Part shown: piece by piece, positions 55,095 to 64,000 of the stretch
Layout: each line of letters starts with the position of its first letter
How positions within the stretch are numbered: position 1 is the stretch's first letter
Source of the DNA: Prochlorococcus sp. AG-347-J20
GTDB taxonomy: Bacteria > Cyanobacteriota > Cyanobacteriia > PCC-6307 > Cyanobiaceae
Direction of reading: 5' to 3'
DNA length: 64,000 bases
Assembly (NCBI GenBank): GCA_003281485.1
Contig: QCBW01000008.1
Coordinates: 2,925 to 66,924 of the forward strand
Program-made: the position numbers and the translations under genes
The notes under the pieces: model-generated
Database searches by the model: none
Told to the model about the DNA's origin: nothing
Seen by the model: the letters and a program-made list of their open reading frames with translations, nothing else

Positions 55095-55724
55095 ATGCAT
55101 AATAATAAATCACTCGCCAGAGAATTATCTTTAATTTCTTTAGGCTTGATAAATGACAAAGTTGATTTTAGGCTAAATAAATTTCAGATTGAAGAGGTTT
55201 TTGAATCTGCTTTAGATTCTCTAATAAATCATTGCAGAGATGAATTAGATAATTGCGAAACAGAGTTAGAAAATGCATCCCAAAAAATATTGGATAGTGA
55301 ATTACAAGATGGCGTAGAATCTTCTTTTGCAAATGTTAGAGAAGATTTAAAAATATCTTTAAAAAAAATTGAAACTGTTATGAATACACTCTCAGTAACT
55401 TTAGACTTTCCAAAATTAATATTGTCAAGTGGTCAAATTGATATTAGAGAAGATATTAATCAAAGAATTAGCAATGTTATGAATAACATTGCAAGTATTG
55501 ATTCTGATATTGATCAAGCAATGGATGGATGGAGATTAAAAAGATTGCCTAGAATAGATCGAGATATTTTGCGTTTAGCTTATGTAGATATTAATTTTTT
55601 AAGCACACCTATTGCCGTTGCTTGCGATGAGGCTGTTAATTTAGCAAATAAATATAGTGATCTACAAGGAAGAAAATTTATCAATGGAGTTCTAAGAAGA
55701 TTACAAACAGCAAAATCGCAATGA
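55095..55724 (+). CDS. nusB: transcription antitermination factor NusB (cyanobacterial long form)
   Basis: W.L.RL..IDRDILRLA, EAV.LA.KY, FINGVLR. Confidence 0.9.
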   Translation: MHNNKSLARELSLISLGLINDKVDFRLNKFQIEEVFESALDSLINHCRDELDNCETELENASQKILDSELQDGVESSFANVREDLKISLKKIETVMNTLSVTLDFPKLILSSGQIDIREDINQRISNVMNNIASIDSDIDQAMDGWRLKRLPRIDRDILRLAYVDINFLSTPIAVACDEAVNLANKYSDLQGRKFINGVLRRLQTAKSQ

Positions 55725-55783
55725 TTTTTGGATATAAACTTATAATATTTTAAAATTTATGATAATAGAATTTAAAAATATCA

Positions 55784-57043
55784 ATGACAAATAATAGTTC
55801 TGATAATTCTCGAGAATGGGCTGCACAAGCGTATGCACTTTTAAAAAAGAGGCAGGAAGAGCAAAAACAAGAATTAAAGAGGGAAGAAGAGCAAAAACAA
55901 GAATTAAAGAGGCAGGAAGAGCAAAAACAAGAATTAAAGAGGCAGGAAGAGCAAAAACAAGAATTAATAGATAATGATAGTAGGGATAAACTTGTTAAAC
56001 CTCTTAAAAAGATCGATGAACCCGAATTAGGTGAATTCGATGATAATTTTACTTGGTCAGCAATGTTATTAGCTGCTCAAGGGAAAAAAATAAATCAAAT
56101 ATCGATAGATGAAATTGATTGGTTAACGAAACTAAGAAGAGGATTAGAAGAAACACGAAAAGGATTTGTTACTGAATTATTGGATAAATTAGGAGATGAT
56201 CCTCTTACTCCTGAATCTCTTGATGAATTAGAGACCTTATTAATAAGAGCTGATGTCGGGATTAATTCAACTGATAAAGTTATTAGCTCTCTTAGAAAAA
56301 AATTAAATGAAGAAGTTTTAGGGGGAGAAGCAGGAATAAAATTTTTGAAGAACGAATTAAAATCTATTATCGATAAACCAATAAAAAATTCAGGTAATGA
56401 GCTTTTAGTTCCTCAAAAAGGTAAGTTAAATATTTGGCTCTTGGTAGGAGTGAATGGCGTTGGCAAAACTACCACATTAGGAAAATTAGCATATTTATCA
56501 TCAAGGAGTAATTATAAAACCTTGATAGCTGCCGCTGATACTTTTAGAGCTGCCGCAGTTGAACAATTAAAAGTCTGGGGCGATAGGAGTAATGTTGATG
56601 TTATATCTAATAAATCTAAAAATGCTGATCCAGCCGCTGTTGTATTTGATGCGATAAATTCTGCAAAAAAAAGAAATGCTGACTTACTATTAGTTGATAC
56701 AGCAGGTAGATTGCAAACAAAAAATAATTTGATGGATGAATTAGCAAAAATTAAAAAAATTATTGATAAAAAGGCGCCAGATTCAATAGTTGAATCATTA
56801 TTAGTTTTAGATGCAAGTCAAGGTCAAAATGGCTTAAAACAAGCAAAAAGTTTTGCTAAATCAGCAAAATTAAGTGGGGCAATTATTACTAAATTGGATG
56901 GCACATCTAGAGGTGGAGTTTCTTTAGCTGTTGCTGAAGAAGTTAATTTGCCTATAAGATTTATTGGTGCAGGAGAAGGTATAAAAGATTTGAGACCTTT
57001 TAATAGTTTTGAATTTATTGAGGCAATGCTTGCAGATAAATAA
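55784..57043 (+). CDS. ftsY: signal recognition particle receptor FtsY
   Basis: GVNGVGKTTT, DTFRAAA, DTAGRL, TKLDGTSRGG, G.GE...DL.PF. Confidence 0.96.
   Translation: MTNNSSDNSREWAAQAYALLKKRQEEQKQELKREEEQKQELKRQEEQKQELKRQEEQKQELIDNDSRDKLVKPLKKIDEPELGEFDDNFTWSAMLLAAQGKKINQISIDEIDWLTKLRRGLEETRKGFVTELLDKLGDDPLTPESLDELETLLIRADVGINSTDKVISSLRKKLNEEVLGGEAGIKFLKNELKSIIDKPIKNSGNELLVPQKGKLNIWLLVGVNGVGKTTTLGKLAYLSSRSNYKTLIAAADTFRAAAVEQLKVWGDRSNVDVISNKSKNADPAAVVFDAINSAKKRNADLLLVDTAGRLQTKNNLMDELAKIKKIIDKKAPDSIVESLLVLDASQGQNGLKQAKSFAKSAKLSGAIITKLDGTSRGGVSLAVAEEVNLPIRFIGAGEGIKDLRPFNSFEFIEAMLADK
55847..55966 (+). repeat. 4 x 30-bp in-frame tandem repeat in the ftsY N-terminus
   Basis: Unit AAGAGGCAGGAAGAGCAAAAACAAGAATTA (KRQEEQKQEL). 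Copies 1, 3 and 4 are identical; copy 2 differs at two bases (KREEEQKQEL). Confidence 0.95.
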
Positions 57044-57110
57044 ATATTTAATTAAATTTTTTTAAAAATTAAAATTTAATGTTAAAACTTATTTATCTAA
57101 TGAATTTGTT

Positions 57111-58454
57111 GTGACAAATAATCAAAAAGAAAAATTATTTTCAAACAAATTTATTCAAAAATTTTTAGATAATGAACCTCCTATATCTTTAAATAATCAA
57201 CATAAATTCGCTGAAATTGCATCTTCACTAGCATATTATTTAAAATCGTTTTCCAATATCAATAAATTATTAGATCTTATTTGCTTAATTTTTAAACATA
57301 TCTTTTATGAAAAAATTATATTAATAATACCTTTAAATTACGATGGAGAAATATGGCATGAAAATATAAAAATTTCTGCTAATAATGATTATTTACCGAT
57401 CCGAGAAGAAATCAATAGTTTTTTTTATCAATTTAATTTTTCTAAAAAATTTAAAATAAAAGAAATATTAAATTTTGAAAATACATTAAGAAATAATTTT
57501 AAACAATATAAAATCGAATCGAAAAAAATTGTATCTAGAGGTAAATGTAGAGGATTTACTTATGTTTTTAGCGAAAATTTATCCTCCGACTCAATAACTA
57601 AAGATAATAACTTTACTTTTATACATAATTGCCTTGCCGTTGGATTAGAAAACTATTGTTTAATAAAAACAAATAAAAAACATGAGAATGTAGATAGAGA
57701 AATTTCTACTGGAGCTGAAATACAATCTCAACTACTTCCAGACTATTGCCCAATTGTTTATGGTGTAGATCTTGCTGCACATTGTAGACCCGCTCTTCAG
57801 CTGGGCGGAGATTATTATGATTTTATGTGTTTAAAGACGAATATTTCAGAAAAGAGAAAGGAAAAAGCTAGATGGGCACTTGTAATAGGTGATGTTATGG
57901 GTAAAGGGATTCCAGCGGGACTTTTAATGACCATGTTAAGAGGAATGCTGCGTGCAGAGGTTCTTACAGGTTTACCCCCAGATAGGATTTTGCATGATTT
58001 AAATCAATTGGCCATAAATGATTTAGATCAGTCTCATAGATTTGTGACCTTATTTTATTCAGATTATGACCCTAGAACTAGAAAATTAAGATTTTCTAAT
58101 GCAGCACATAATCCTCCTTTGCTTTGGAAAAGTTCTGAGCAGAAAATTATAAAATTAGATACAGAAGGGCTTGTACTTGGATTACAAAAAGATGCTGAAT
58201 ATAACTGTAGTGAAATTAAGCTTAATGAGAATGATTTAATTCTTTATTACACTGATGGAGTAATCGATACTTCTAATTCTTTAGGAGAAAGATTTGATGA
58301 AGAAAGGTTAATTAAAACTCTCACTAAATTATGTAAGCAAACCTATACATCTCAAGAAATTTTAAATAAATTATTTAAAAAATTGGACGATTTTACAGGA
58401 CAAAATAGACACTTAGAAGATGATGCATCTATGATTGTTTTTCAAATGAAATAG
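57111..58454 (+). CDS. PP2C/SpoIIE-family serine phosphatase (RsbU-like)
   Basis: IQSQLLP, GGDYYDF, GDVMGKG, NAAHNPP, YTDGV, DDAS. Confidence 0.9.
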   Translation: MTNNQKEKLFSNKFIQKFLDNEPPISLNNQHKFAEIASSLAYYLKSFSNINKLLDLICLIFKHIFYEKIILIIPLNYDGEIWHENIKISANNDYLPIREEINSFFYQFNFSKKFKIKEILNFENTLRNNFKQYKIESKKIVSRGKCRGFTYVFSENLSSDSITKDNNFTFIHNCLAVGLENYCLIKTNKKHENVDREISTGAEIQSQLLPDYCPIVYGVDLAAHCRPALQLGGDYYDFMCLKTNISEKRKEKARWALVIGDVMGKGIPAGLLMTMLRGMLRAEVLTGLPPDRILHDLNQLAINDLDQSHRFVTLFYSDYDPRTRKLRFSNAAHNPPLLWKSSEQKIIKLDTEGLVLGLQKDAEYNCSEIKLNENDLILYYTDGVIDTSNSLGERFDEERLIKTLTKLCKQTYTSQEILNKLFKKLDDFTGQNRHLEDDASMIVFQMK

Positions 58455-58517
58455 ATAATTTTTGTCACATATATAAAAAAATGCTTTATTAGAGATATCT
58501 TACGTCACTCAATTAAT

Positions 58518-59897
58518 ATGGCAAAAGTTTGGAGTAAAAGGTTTGATAATACGCTTAATCCTTTCATAGAAAAGTTTAACGCTTCAATTGGTTTTGATAG
58601 AAAACTTTTTTTAGAGGATCTAGATTGTTCCATTGCTCATGCAAAAATGCTTGGTAAAACAAATGTCTTATCTTCTTCTGAAACATTAGAAATTATTAAT
58701 GGTTTAAAGTTGATAAAAGTTGAGTATTTGGAGGGTAAATTTTTTCCAAGTCCACCTTCAGAAGATATTCATTATTGTATTGAAGAAAAACTTATTAGCT
58801 TAATTGGTGAAACTGGGAAAAAATTACACACAGGAAGAAGTAGAAATGATCAAGTTGGTACAGATATAAGATTATGGCTAAGAAAAGAAATTGATAATCT
58901 TGAAATTTTAATAACTGATTTGCAAAAATCTTTTTTAAATCTTGCTCAGTCAAATATATATACCTTAATTCCTGGATATACGCATATGCAAAGGGCACAA
59001 CCATTATCTTTAGCTCATCATTTACTAGCTTACTTAGAAATGTTCCAAAGAGATCGCGAAAGGTTGAAAGAAGTTAGATCAAGAGTCAATATTTCTCCTT
59101 TAGGCTCAGCAGCATTAGCAGGCACAAAAATAAAAATTGACAGGAAATTTACTGCTGCAGAATTGGGATTTGAAAAGATTTATAAAAATAGTATTGATGC
59201 AGTGAGTGACAGAGATTTTTGTATAGAGTTTGTTTCTGCTTCTGCTTTAGTAATGTCACATTTGAGTAAAATTTCGGAGGAAATAATTTTATGGGTAACT
59301 GATGAGTTTTCGTTTGCAAAATTAACAGATAAATGTGCAACCGGCAGCAGCTTAATGCCACAGAAAAAAAATCCAGATGTTCCAGAATTAATAAGAGGTA
59401 AAACTGGAAGAGTATATGGACATCTTCAAGCATTGTTAACTATGGTTAAAGGGGTGCCACTCGCCTACAATAAGGACTTTCAAGAAGATAAAGAGCCAAT
59501 ATTTGATACGGCTGAGACATTATCTTCTTGTGTCAAAGCAATGACCATATTAATTAATGAGGGTTTAGAGTTTAATTTTGAGAATTTATCTAATTCTGTA
59601 GAGAATGATTTTTCTAATGCTACTGATTTAGCAGATTACTTGGTCAGTAAAGAGGTTCCTTTCAGGACTGCCTATCAAGTAGTTGGTGAAATTGTTAAAT
59701 ACTGCTTAGAAAGAAAAATTTTATTTAAAAATCTCAAAATTGATGAATTTAAAAAATTTCATCCGGAATTTGATGAAGATGTTTTTGTTGATTTGGAACC
59801 ATTTAATGTCGTGAAATCTAGGACTAGTTTAGGTGGAACAGGTTTCACACAAGTAGAAATGGAGGTAAAAACTTGGCAGAAAAAATTGTTCCCTTGA
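58518..59897 (+). CDS. argH: argininosuccinate lyase
   Basis: [42 protein letters not shown]. Confidence 0.97.
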   Translation: MAKVWSKRFDNTLNPFIEKFNASIGFDRKLFLEDLDCSIAHAKMLGKTNVLSSSETLEIINGLKLIKVEYLEGKFFPSPPSEDIHYCIEEKLISLIGETGKKLHTGRSRNDQVGTDIRLWLRKEIDNLEILITDLQKSFLNLAQSNIYTLIPGYTHMQRAQPLSLAHHLLAYLEMFQRDRERLKEVRSRVNISPLGSAALAGTKIKIDRKFTAAELGFEKIYKNSIDAVSDRDFCIEFVSASALVMSHLSKISEEIILWVTDEFSFAKLTDKCATGSSLMPQKKNPDVPELIRGKTGRVYGHLQALLTMVKGVPLAYNKDFQEDKEPIFDTAETLSSCVKAMTILINEGLEFNFENLSNSVENDFSNATDLADYLVSKEVPFRTAYQVVGEIVKYCLERKILFKNLKIDEFKKFHPEFDEDVFVDLEPFNVVKSRTSLGGTGFTQVEMEVKTWQKKLFP

Positions 59898-60014
59898 TTC
59901 TGAGTTATTTTTCTACAACAAGGGTATGCTTTAAAGTAGAATAGTATAGCAATGAGATAAAACTATTTTTTATGGTTTTGTTAATTAAGTAAATTTTTCT
60001 TTGTTGAGTTTAAA

Positions 60015-60578
60015 GTGAGTATTTTTGTTGGCAATTTGCCCTTCCGTGCAGAGCGCGAAGATGTTCTTCAGTTATTTACCCCTTTTGGTGAAGTTCTAAA
60101 TTGTTCTCTTCCTCTTGAAAGAGATACTGGGCGAAAGAGGGGATTTGCATTTGTAGAGATGGCTGATGAGGCAATCGAGTCAACAGCTATTGATGGTTTA
60201 CAAGGCTCAGAACTTATGGGTAGACCATTAAGAATTAATAAGGCTGAGCCGAGAGGTTCTGCTGGTTCACGAAGAGGGGGACGTGGCGGTAATAATGGCG
60301 GTTATGGTGGAGGCGGTAATAATGGAAGTTACGGGGGCGGCTATGGCGGCGGCGGTAATAATGGAAGTTATGGTGGAGGCGGTAATAATGGAAGTTATGG
60401 TGGCGGTTATGGCGGTGGCGGTAATAATGGCGGTTATGGCGGCGGCGGAAAGTCTTCGGGTGCACAAGGTTGGGAAGATAGAAGTTATGGAAACTCCTCT
60501 GAAAATTCTGAATATGAAAGTAGCAGAAGTAGAAGAAGAAGGGGAGTTTCTAGTGATGGTAATACCCCAAATGAGTGA
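60015..60578 (+). CDS. RRM RNA-binding protein with glycine-rich tail
   Basis: RNP2 IFVGNL and RNP1 RGFAFVEM, followed by GGNNGxYGG repeats. Confidence 0.93.
   Translation: MSIFVGNLPFRAEREDVLQLFTPFGEVLNCSLPLERDTGRKRGFAFVEMADEAIESTAIDGLQGSELMGRPLRINKAEPRGSAGSRRGGRGGNNGGYGGGGNNGSYGGGYGGGGNNGSYGGGGNNGSYGGGYGGGGNNGGYGGGGKSSGAQGWEDRSYGNSSENSEYESSRSRRRRGVSSDGNTPNE
60285..60443 (+). repeat. alternating 27/39-bp in-frame repeats encoding the Gly-rich tail
   Basis: Five units starting GGCGGTAATAATGG at 60285, 60312, 60351, 60378 and 60417, of lengths 27-39-27-39-27. Confidence 0.9.
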
Positions 60579-60580
60579 AA

Positions 60581-61585
60581 TTAATAACCCATTTCTTCAA
60601 GCCTAGAAGTTAATTTAAGAAGATATTTAATATCTAGTTCATTTTTTATGGACTTAGTGGAAATTTCATTTCTCCACACTTTCGCTTTGGGAATGCCTTC
60701 GACAAGATTTATAAGATGTTTACAAATATCCCATGATTTTCCGCCATTACTTAAATGTTTTTCTATGTATGGAATCAAGGAGAAGATAATACTAGAAGCA
60801 GATTTAGGTTTTGAATGTATTCCATAAACTCTTTGATCAATTTCTGACCATCTTAAGGGGTGTTTATAGACCGCTCTTCCAATCATTACACCATCAAAAT
60901 CACTAAGGGCTTTTATTGATTCATCGATATTCTTGAACCCCCCATTGATTTCTATTAATATTTCTGGATTTATTTTTTTTAATTTTTTTACAACATCATA
61001 TCTAAGCGGAGGTATTGTTCTGTTTTGCCTTGGATTAAGTCCTTTTAATATGGCTTTCCTTGCATGGACTGTAAATCTGCCTGCCCCAGCATTTGCAACA
61101 TCTCTTACGAAATTATTTAAATTTAAGAAACTATCATTGTTGTCTACTCCGATTCTATGTTTAATCGTAACTGGCAGGCTACAGTTATTCCTGAGGGATT
61201 CTATGCATTGTGCTACTTTCTTAGGATCTGACATCAATGATGCGCCAAAATTTCCAGAACATACTCTTGGACTTGGGCAACCAACATTAAAGTTTATTTC
61301 GTCATAACCCCAATCCTCTGCCATTCGGGCAGCATCTTTGAGTATCTCTGGATTATCTCCACCAAATTGAATCGATAACGGGTGTTCTTCGTTATTAAAA
61401 TCTAAAAATTTTTCTCTTTGATTTGTATAAATTAAACTTTGAGCCACAATCATTTCCGTATATAGAAGAGCCTTAGAACTAATTTTTCTCATTATCATTC
61501 TGAAATGTTTATCAGTACAATCCATCATTGGAGCAATACTTAATTTATGAATATTTTTAATAGAATCAGGATGTATGGAACTCAT
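60581..61585 (-). CDS. dusA: tRNA-dihydrouridine synthase A
   Basis: SIAPMMD.TD.HFR, N.GCPS.RV..G.FGA.LM, VHARKA.L.GL.P.QNR.IPPL.Y, GVMIGR. Confidence 0.9.
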   Translation of the reverse strand: MSSIHPDSIKNIHKLSIAPMMDCTDKHFRMIMRKISSKALLYTEMIVAQSLIYTNQREKFLDFNNEEHPLSIQFGGDNPEILKDAARMAEDWGYDEINFNVGCPSPRVCSGNFGASLMSDPKKVAQCIESLRNNCSLPVTIKHRIGVDNNDSFLNLNNFVRDVANAGAGRFTVHARKAILKGLNPRQNRTIPPLRYDVVKKLKKINPEILIEINGGFKNIDESIKALSDFDGVMIGRAVYKHPLRWSEIDQRVYGIHSKPKSASSIIFSLIPYIEKHLSNGGKSWDICKHLINLVEGIPKAKVWRNEISTKSIKNELDIKYLLKLTSRLEEMGY

Positions 61586-61607
61586 TACTTTTTATGTGAG
61601 TAAATAT

Positions 61608-62102
61608 ATGAATCAATTTTTATCAAGAAGAACTTTTATTCTAATTCCTACTATGTCAATACTAAAAACATTTTTTAAGCCTATGCAAGTTTTAGCTTCT
61701 TCGATTGCTTCTAAAGAGGAGTGGAATTTATCAAAAGAAGAATGGAAATCTAGGCTAAGTCCAGAATCCTATTATATTTTGAGGGAGGAAGGCACTGAAA
61801 GAGCTTTCAGTAGCGAATTAAATAATGAGAAAAGAAAAGGGACTTTTCACTGCGCTGGATGTGATTTACCACTTTTTCTCTCAGATAAAAAGTTTGATAG
61901 TGGCACTGGATGGCCAAGCTTTTGGGATCCAATTCAAGGATCAGTTGCAACAAAAGTTGATTTTAAGTTGATTGTTCCAAGAACCGAATATCACTGCTCT
62001 AGATGCGGAGGTCACCAAGGACACGTTTTTAATGATGGGCCACTTCCTACAGGTAAAAGATACTGTAATAACGGATTAGCATTAAGGTTTGTTCCTGAGT
62101 AA
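61608..62102 (+). CDS. msrB: peptide-methionine (R)-S-oxide reductase
   Basis: GTERAF, CAGC and CSRC zinc pairs, KFDSGTGWPSF, GHQGHVF.DGP, RYCNNG. ATG at 61608 avoids overlapping dusA. Confidence 0.93.
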   Translation: MNQFLSRRTFILIPTMSILKTFFKPMQVLASSIASKEEWNLSKEEWKSRLSPESYYILREEGTERAFSSELNNEKRKGTFHCAGCDLPLFLSDKKFDSGTGWPSFWDPIQGSVATKVDFKLIVPRTEYHCSRCGGHQGHVFNDGPLPTGKRYCNNGLALRFVPE

Positions 62103-62108
62103 GAATTT

Positions 62109-62124
62109 GTGCGGCCTTCCGCAA
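62109..62124 (+). promoter_or_regulatory. GC-rich inverted repeat upstream of grpE (K-box-like site or weak terminator)
   Basis: GTGCGG-CCTT-CCGCAA with stem TGCGG/CCGCA, followed by an imperfect T-tract. Confidence 0.4.
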
Positions 62125-62177
62125 CTTGTTTTGTGCATCACTTTATTGGAAAATAGTTTTATTAAATTTTTAGAAAA

Positions 62178-62897
62178 ATGATTGAAAATCAATCAGACAA
62201 TATTGATATTAAAGAAAATGATGTTTCTAATCAGGATAATGTCCCTGAGGATGCTTCTTCTGCTGAAGATAAAATAATCGAAAATGATGAATTATCAACA
62301 GAAAAAAAAGAAGAATTAAATACCGAAGAATTAAAAAATACTATCTCCAACAATGATGCAAGGTTAGAACAGTTAGAAAAAGAGCATGAAACATTAAAAA
62401 ATCAATATGTAAGAATTTCAGCAGATTTTGATAATTTTAGAAAAAGGCAGTCTAGAGATCAGGATGATTTAAAAGTCCAACTTGTTTCTAAAACTTTAAC
62501 TGCAATACTCCCAATCGTTGATAATTTTGAAAGAGCAAGACAACAACTCAAACCAGAAAGTGACGAAGCTCAAGCCCTTCATAGAAGTTATCAAGGATTG
62601 TATAAACAATTGGTAGAAGTTTTAAAACAACAAGGAGTTGCCCCCATGAGAGTTGTTGGCCAGCCATTTGATCCAAATTTGCATGAAGCTGTATTAAGAG
62701 AGCCGAGTGAAGAGTTTAAAGAAGATTTTATTGTGGAAGAATTACAGCGAGGATATCATTTAGAGGGGAAGGTTTTGAGACATGCTTTGGTTAAAGTTTC
62801 CATGGGGCCAGGTAAACAAAATTCACAAGATGAAGTAGAAAAGGATACAGTTGAGGAGAGTATTGATTCAGAGGAGAATACTTCTGAAGATGTATAA
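62178..62897 (+). CDS. grpE: nucleotide exchange factor GrpE
   Basis: [40 protein letters not shown]. Confidence 0.96.
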   Translation: MIENQSDNIDIKENDVSNQDNVPEDASSAEDKIIENDELSTEKKEELNTEELKNTISNNDARLEQLEKEHETLKNQYVRISADFDNFRKRQSRDQDDLKVQLVSKTLTAILPIVDNFERARQQLKPESDEAQALHRSYQGLYKQLVEVLKQQGVAPMRVVGQPFDPNLHEAVLREPSEEFKEDFIVEELQRGYHLEGKVLRHALVKVSMGPGKQNSQDEVEKDTVEESIDSEENTSEDV

Positions 62898-62926
62898 ATT
62901 CCAAATTTTTACTTGAGCGTTGTTTA

Positions 62927-64000
62927 ATGGCTGATTTTTATCAAATACTTGGAGTTTCACGAGATGCTGATGCTGATACCTTAAAAAGGGCTTATAGAAA
63001 ATTAGCAAGACAATATCATCCTGACGTTAATAAAGAACCTGGTGCTGAAGATAAATTTAAAGAAATTGGTAAGGCTTATGAAGCATTAGCTGATCCTGAA
63101 ACTAGAGCAAGATATGATCAGTTTGGAGAGGCTGGCCTTGGAGGTGCGGCTGGAATGCCTGATATGGGCGATATGGGTGGGTTTGCAGATTTATTTGAAA
63201 CCTTTTTTAATGGCTTTGGAGGGCAAACTCCACAGGGAGGAAGAACTCAAAGAAGAGGTCCTCAACAAGGAGATGATTTAAGATATGACCTTAATGTTGA
63301 TTTTAAAGATGCAATATTTGGCCAACAAAGAGAAATTACAATTCCTCATCTTGAGACATGTGAAGTCTGTAGGGGAACAGGTGCCAAACCAGGAACCGGA
63401 CCAAAAACTTGTACAACTTGTGGAGGAAGTGGACAAGTTAGAAGAGCTACGAGAACACCTTTTGGGAATTTCACACAAGTAGCTGAATGTCCTTCATGTA
63501 ATGGAACTGGTCAAATAATCTCAGATCCATGTATAAGTTGCGGTGGTAATGGAGTAAAGCAAGTCAGGAAAAAATTACGAATTAATATTCCTGCAGGAGT
63601 TGATACTGGTACTAAATTAAGAGTTTCCGGAGAGGGAAATGTTGGTTTGAAAGGAGGCCCACCTGGGGATCTTTATGTTTTTATCAAGGTGAAGAATGAT
63701 TCGAAATTAAAAAGAGATGGTGTGACTATTTATTCAGAAATAGTTGTGAGTTATTTACAGGCAATTTTAGGAGATACTGTTGAAATTACCACAGTTGATG
63801 GCAAAGTTAATTTAAAAATTCCAAGTGGTACGCAACCAAATACAACTCTTTCACTTGAGAATAAAGGGGTACCTAGACTTGGTAATCCAGTTGCCAGAGG
63901 AAATCATGAAGTTCTAGTAAAGGTAAAATTGCCAACTCGTATAACTGATGTAGAGCGAAATCTTTTAGAGGATTTAGCTTCTCAGTATTCAGATAAAAAT
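62927..64000 (+). CDS. dnaJ: molecular chaperone DnaJ, truncated at the window end
   Basis: Manual translation from ATG 62927: [14 protein letters not shown]...YHPD..., a G/F-rich region, and [32 protein letters not shown] zinc repeats. Missing from the ORF track because there is no stop in the window. Confidence 0.96.
   Translation, partial: MADFYQILGVSRDADADTLKRAYRKLARQYHPDVNKEPGAEDKFKEIGKAYEALADPETRARYDQFGEAGLGGAAGMPDMGDMGGFADLFETFFNGFGGQTPQGGRTQRRGPQQGDDLRYDLNVDFKDAIFGQQREITIPHLETCEVCRGTGAKPGTGPKTCTTCGGSGQVRRATRTPFGNFTQVAECPSCNGTGQIISDPCISCGGNGVKQVRKKLRINIPAGVDTGTKLRVSGEGNVGLKGGPPGDLYVFIKVKNDSKLKRDGVTIYSEIVVSYLQAILGDTVEITTVDGKVNLKIPSGTQPNTTLSLENKGVPRLGNPVARGNHEVLVKVKLPTRITDVERNLLEDLASQYSDKN

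Noticed and set aside
55847..55966. ftsY or RRM repeats as CRISPR arrays
   Set aside because: They are contiguous in-frame coding repeats without unique spacers, and there are no cas genes.
60235..60606. Alternative-frame ORFs over the RRM tail (76, 66 and 107 aa)
   Set aside because: These are shadows of a stop-free GC-rich repeat and have low-complexity translations.

Overview
This window is AT-rich, gene-dense core chromosome from a marine picocyanobacterium. Protein sequences, gene order and very short intergenic spacers indicate Prochlorococcus, probably a high-light clade; this is recognition from memory, not a database search. It spans the likely replication origin between thrC and dnaN and holds about 54 housekeeping CDSs plus tRNA-Val(TAC), running from a truncated DedA/VTT gene and valS to grpE and a truncated dnaJ. 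I saw no integrase, transposase, prophage, CRISPR array, defence island or clear pseudogene, and I cannot support a claim of a wholly new multi-gene system. The strongest sub-gene signals are: (1) an oriC unwinding module of tandem DnaA boxes, CTA/TTA DnaA-trios and an AT-only tract; (2) a shared GTNCGG/K-box-like element upstream of dnaK and grpE-dnaJ; (3) a candidate S6:S18-type RNA leader before rpsF; (4) in-frame tandem repeats in ftsY and the RRM gene; (5) an E. coli-type PurF apparently lacking the Fe-S ligands; (6) an MsrB with a twin-arginine-like signal; (7) a single-domain sucrose-phosphate synthase.
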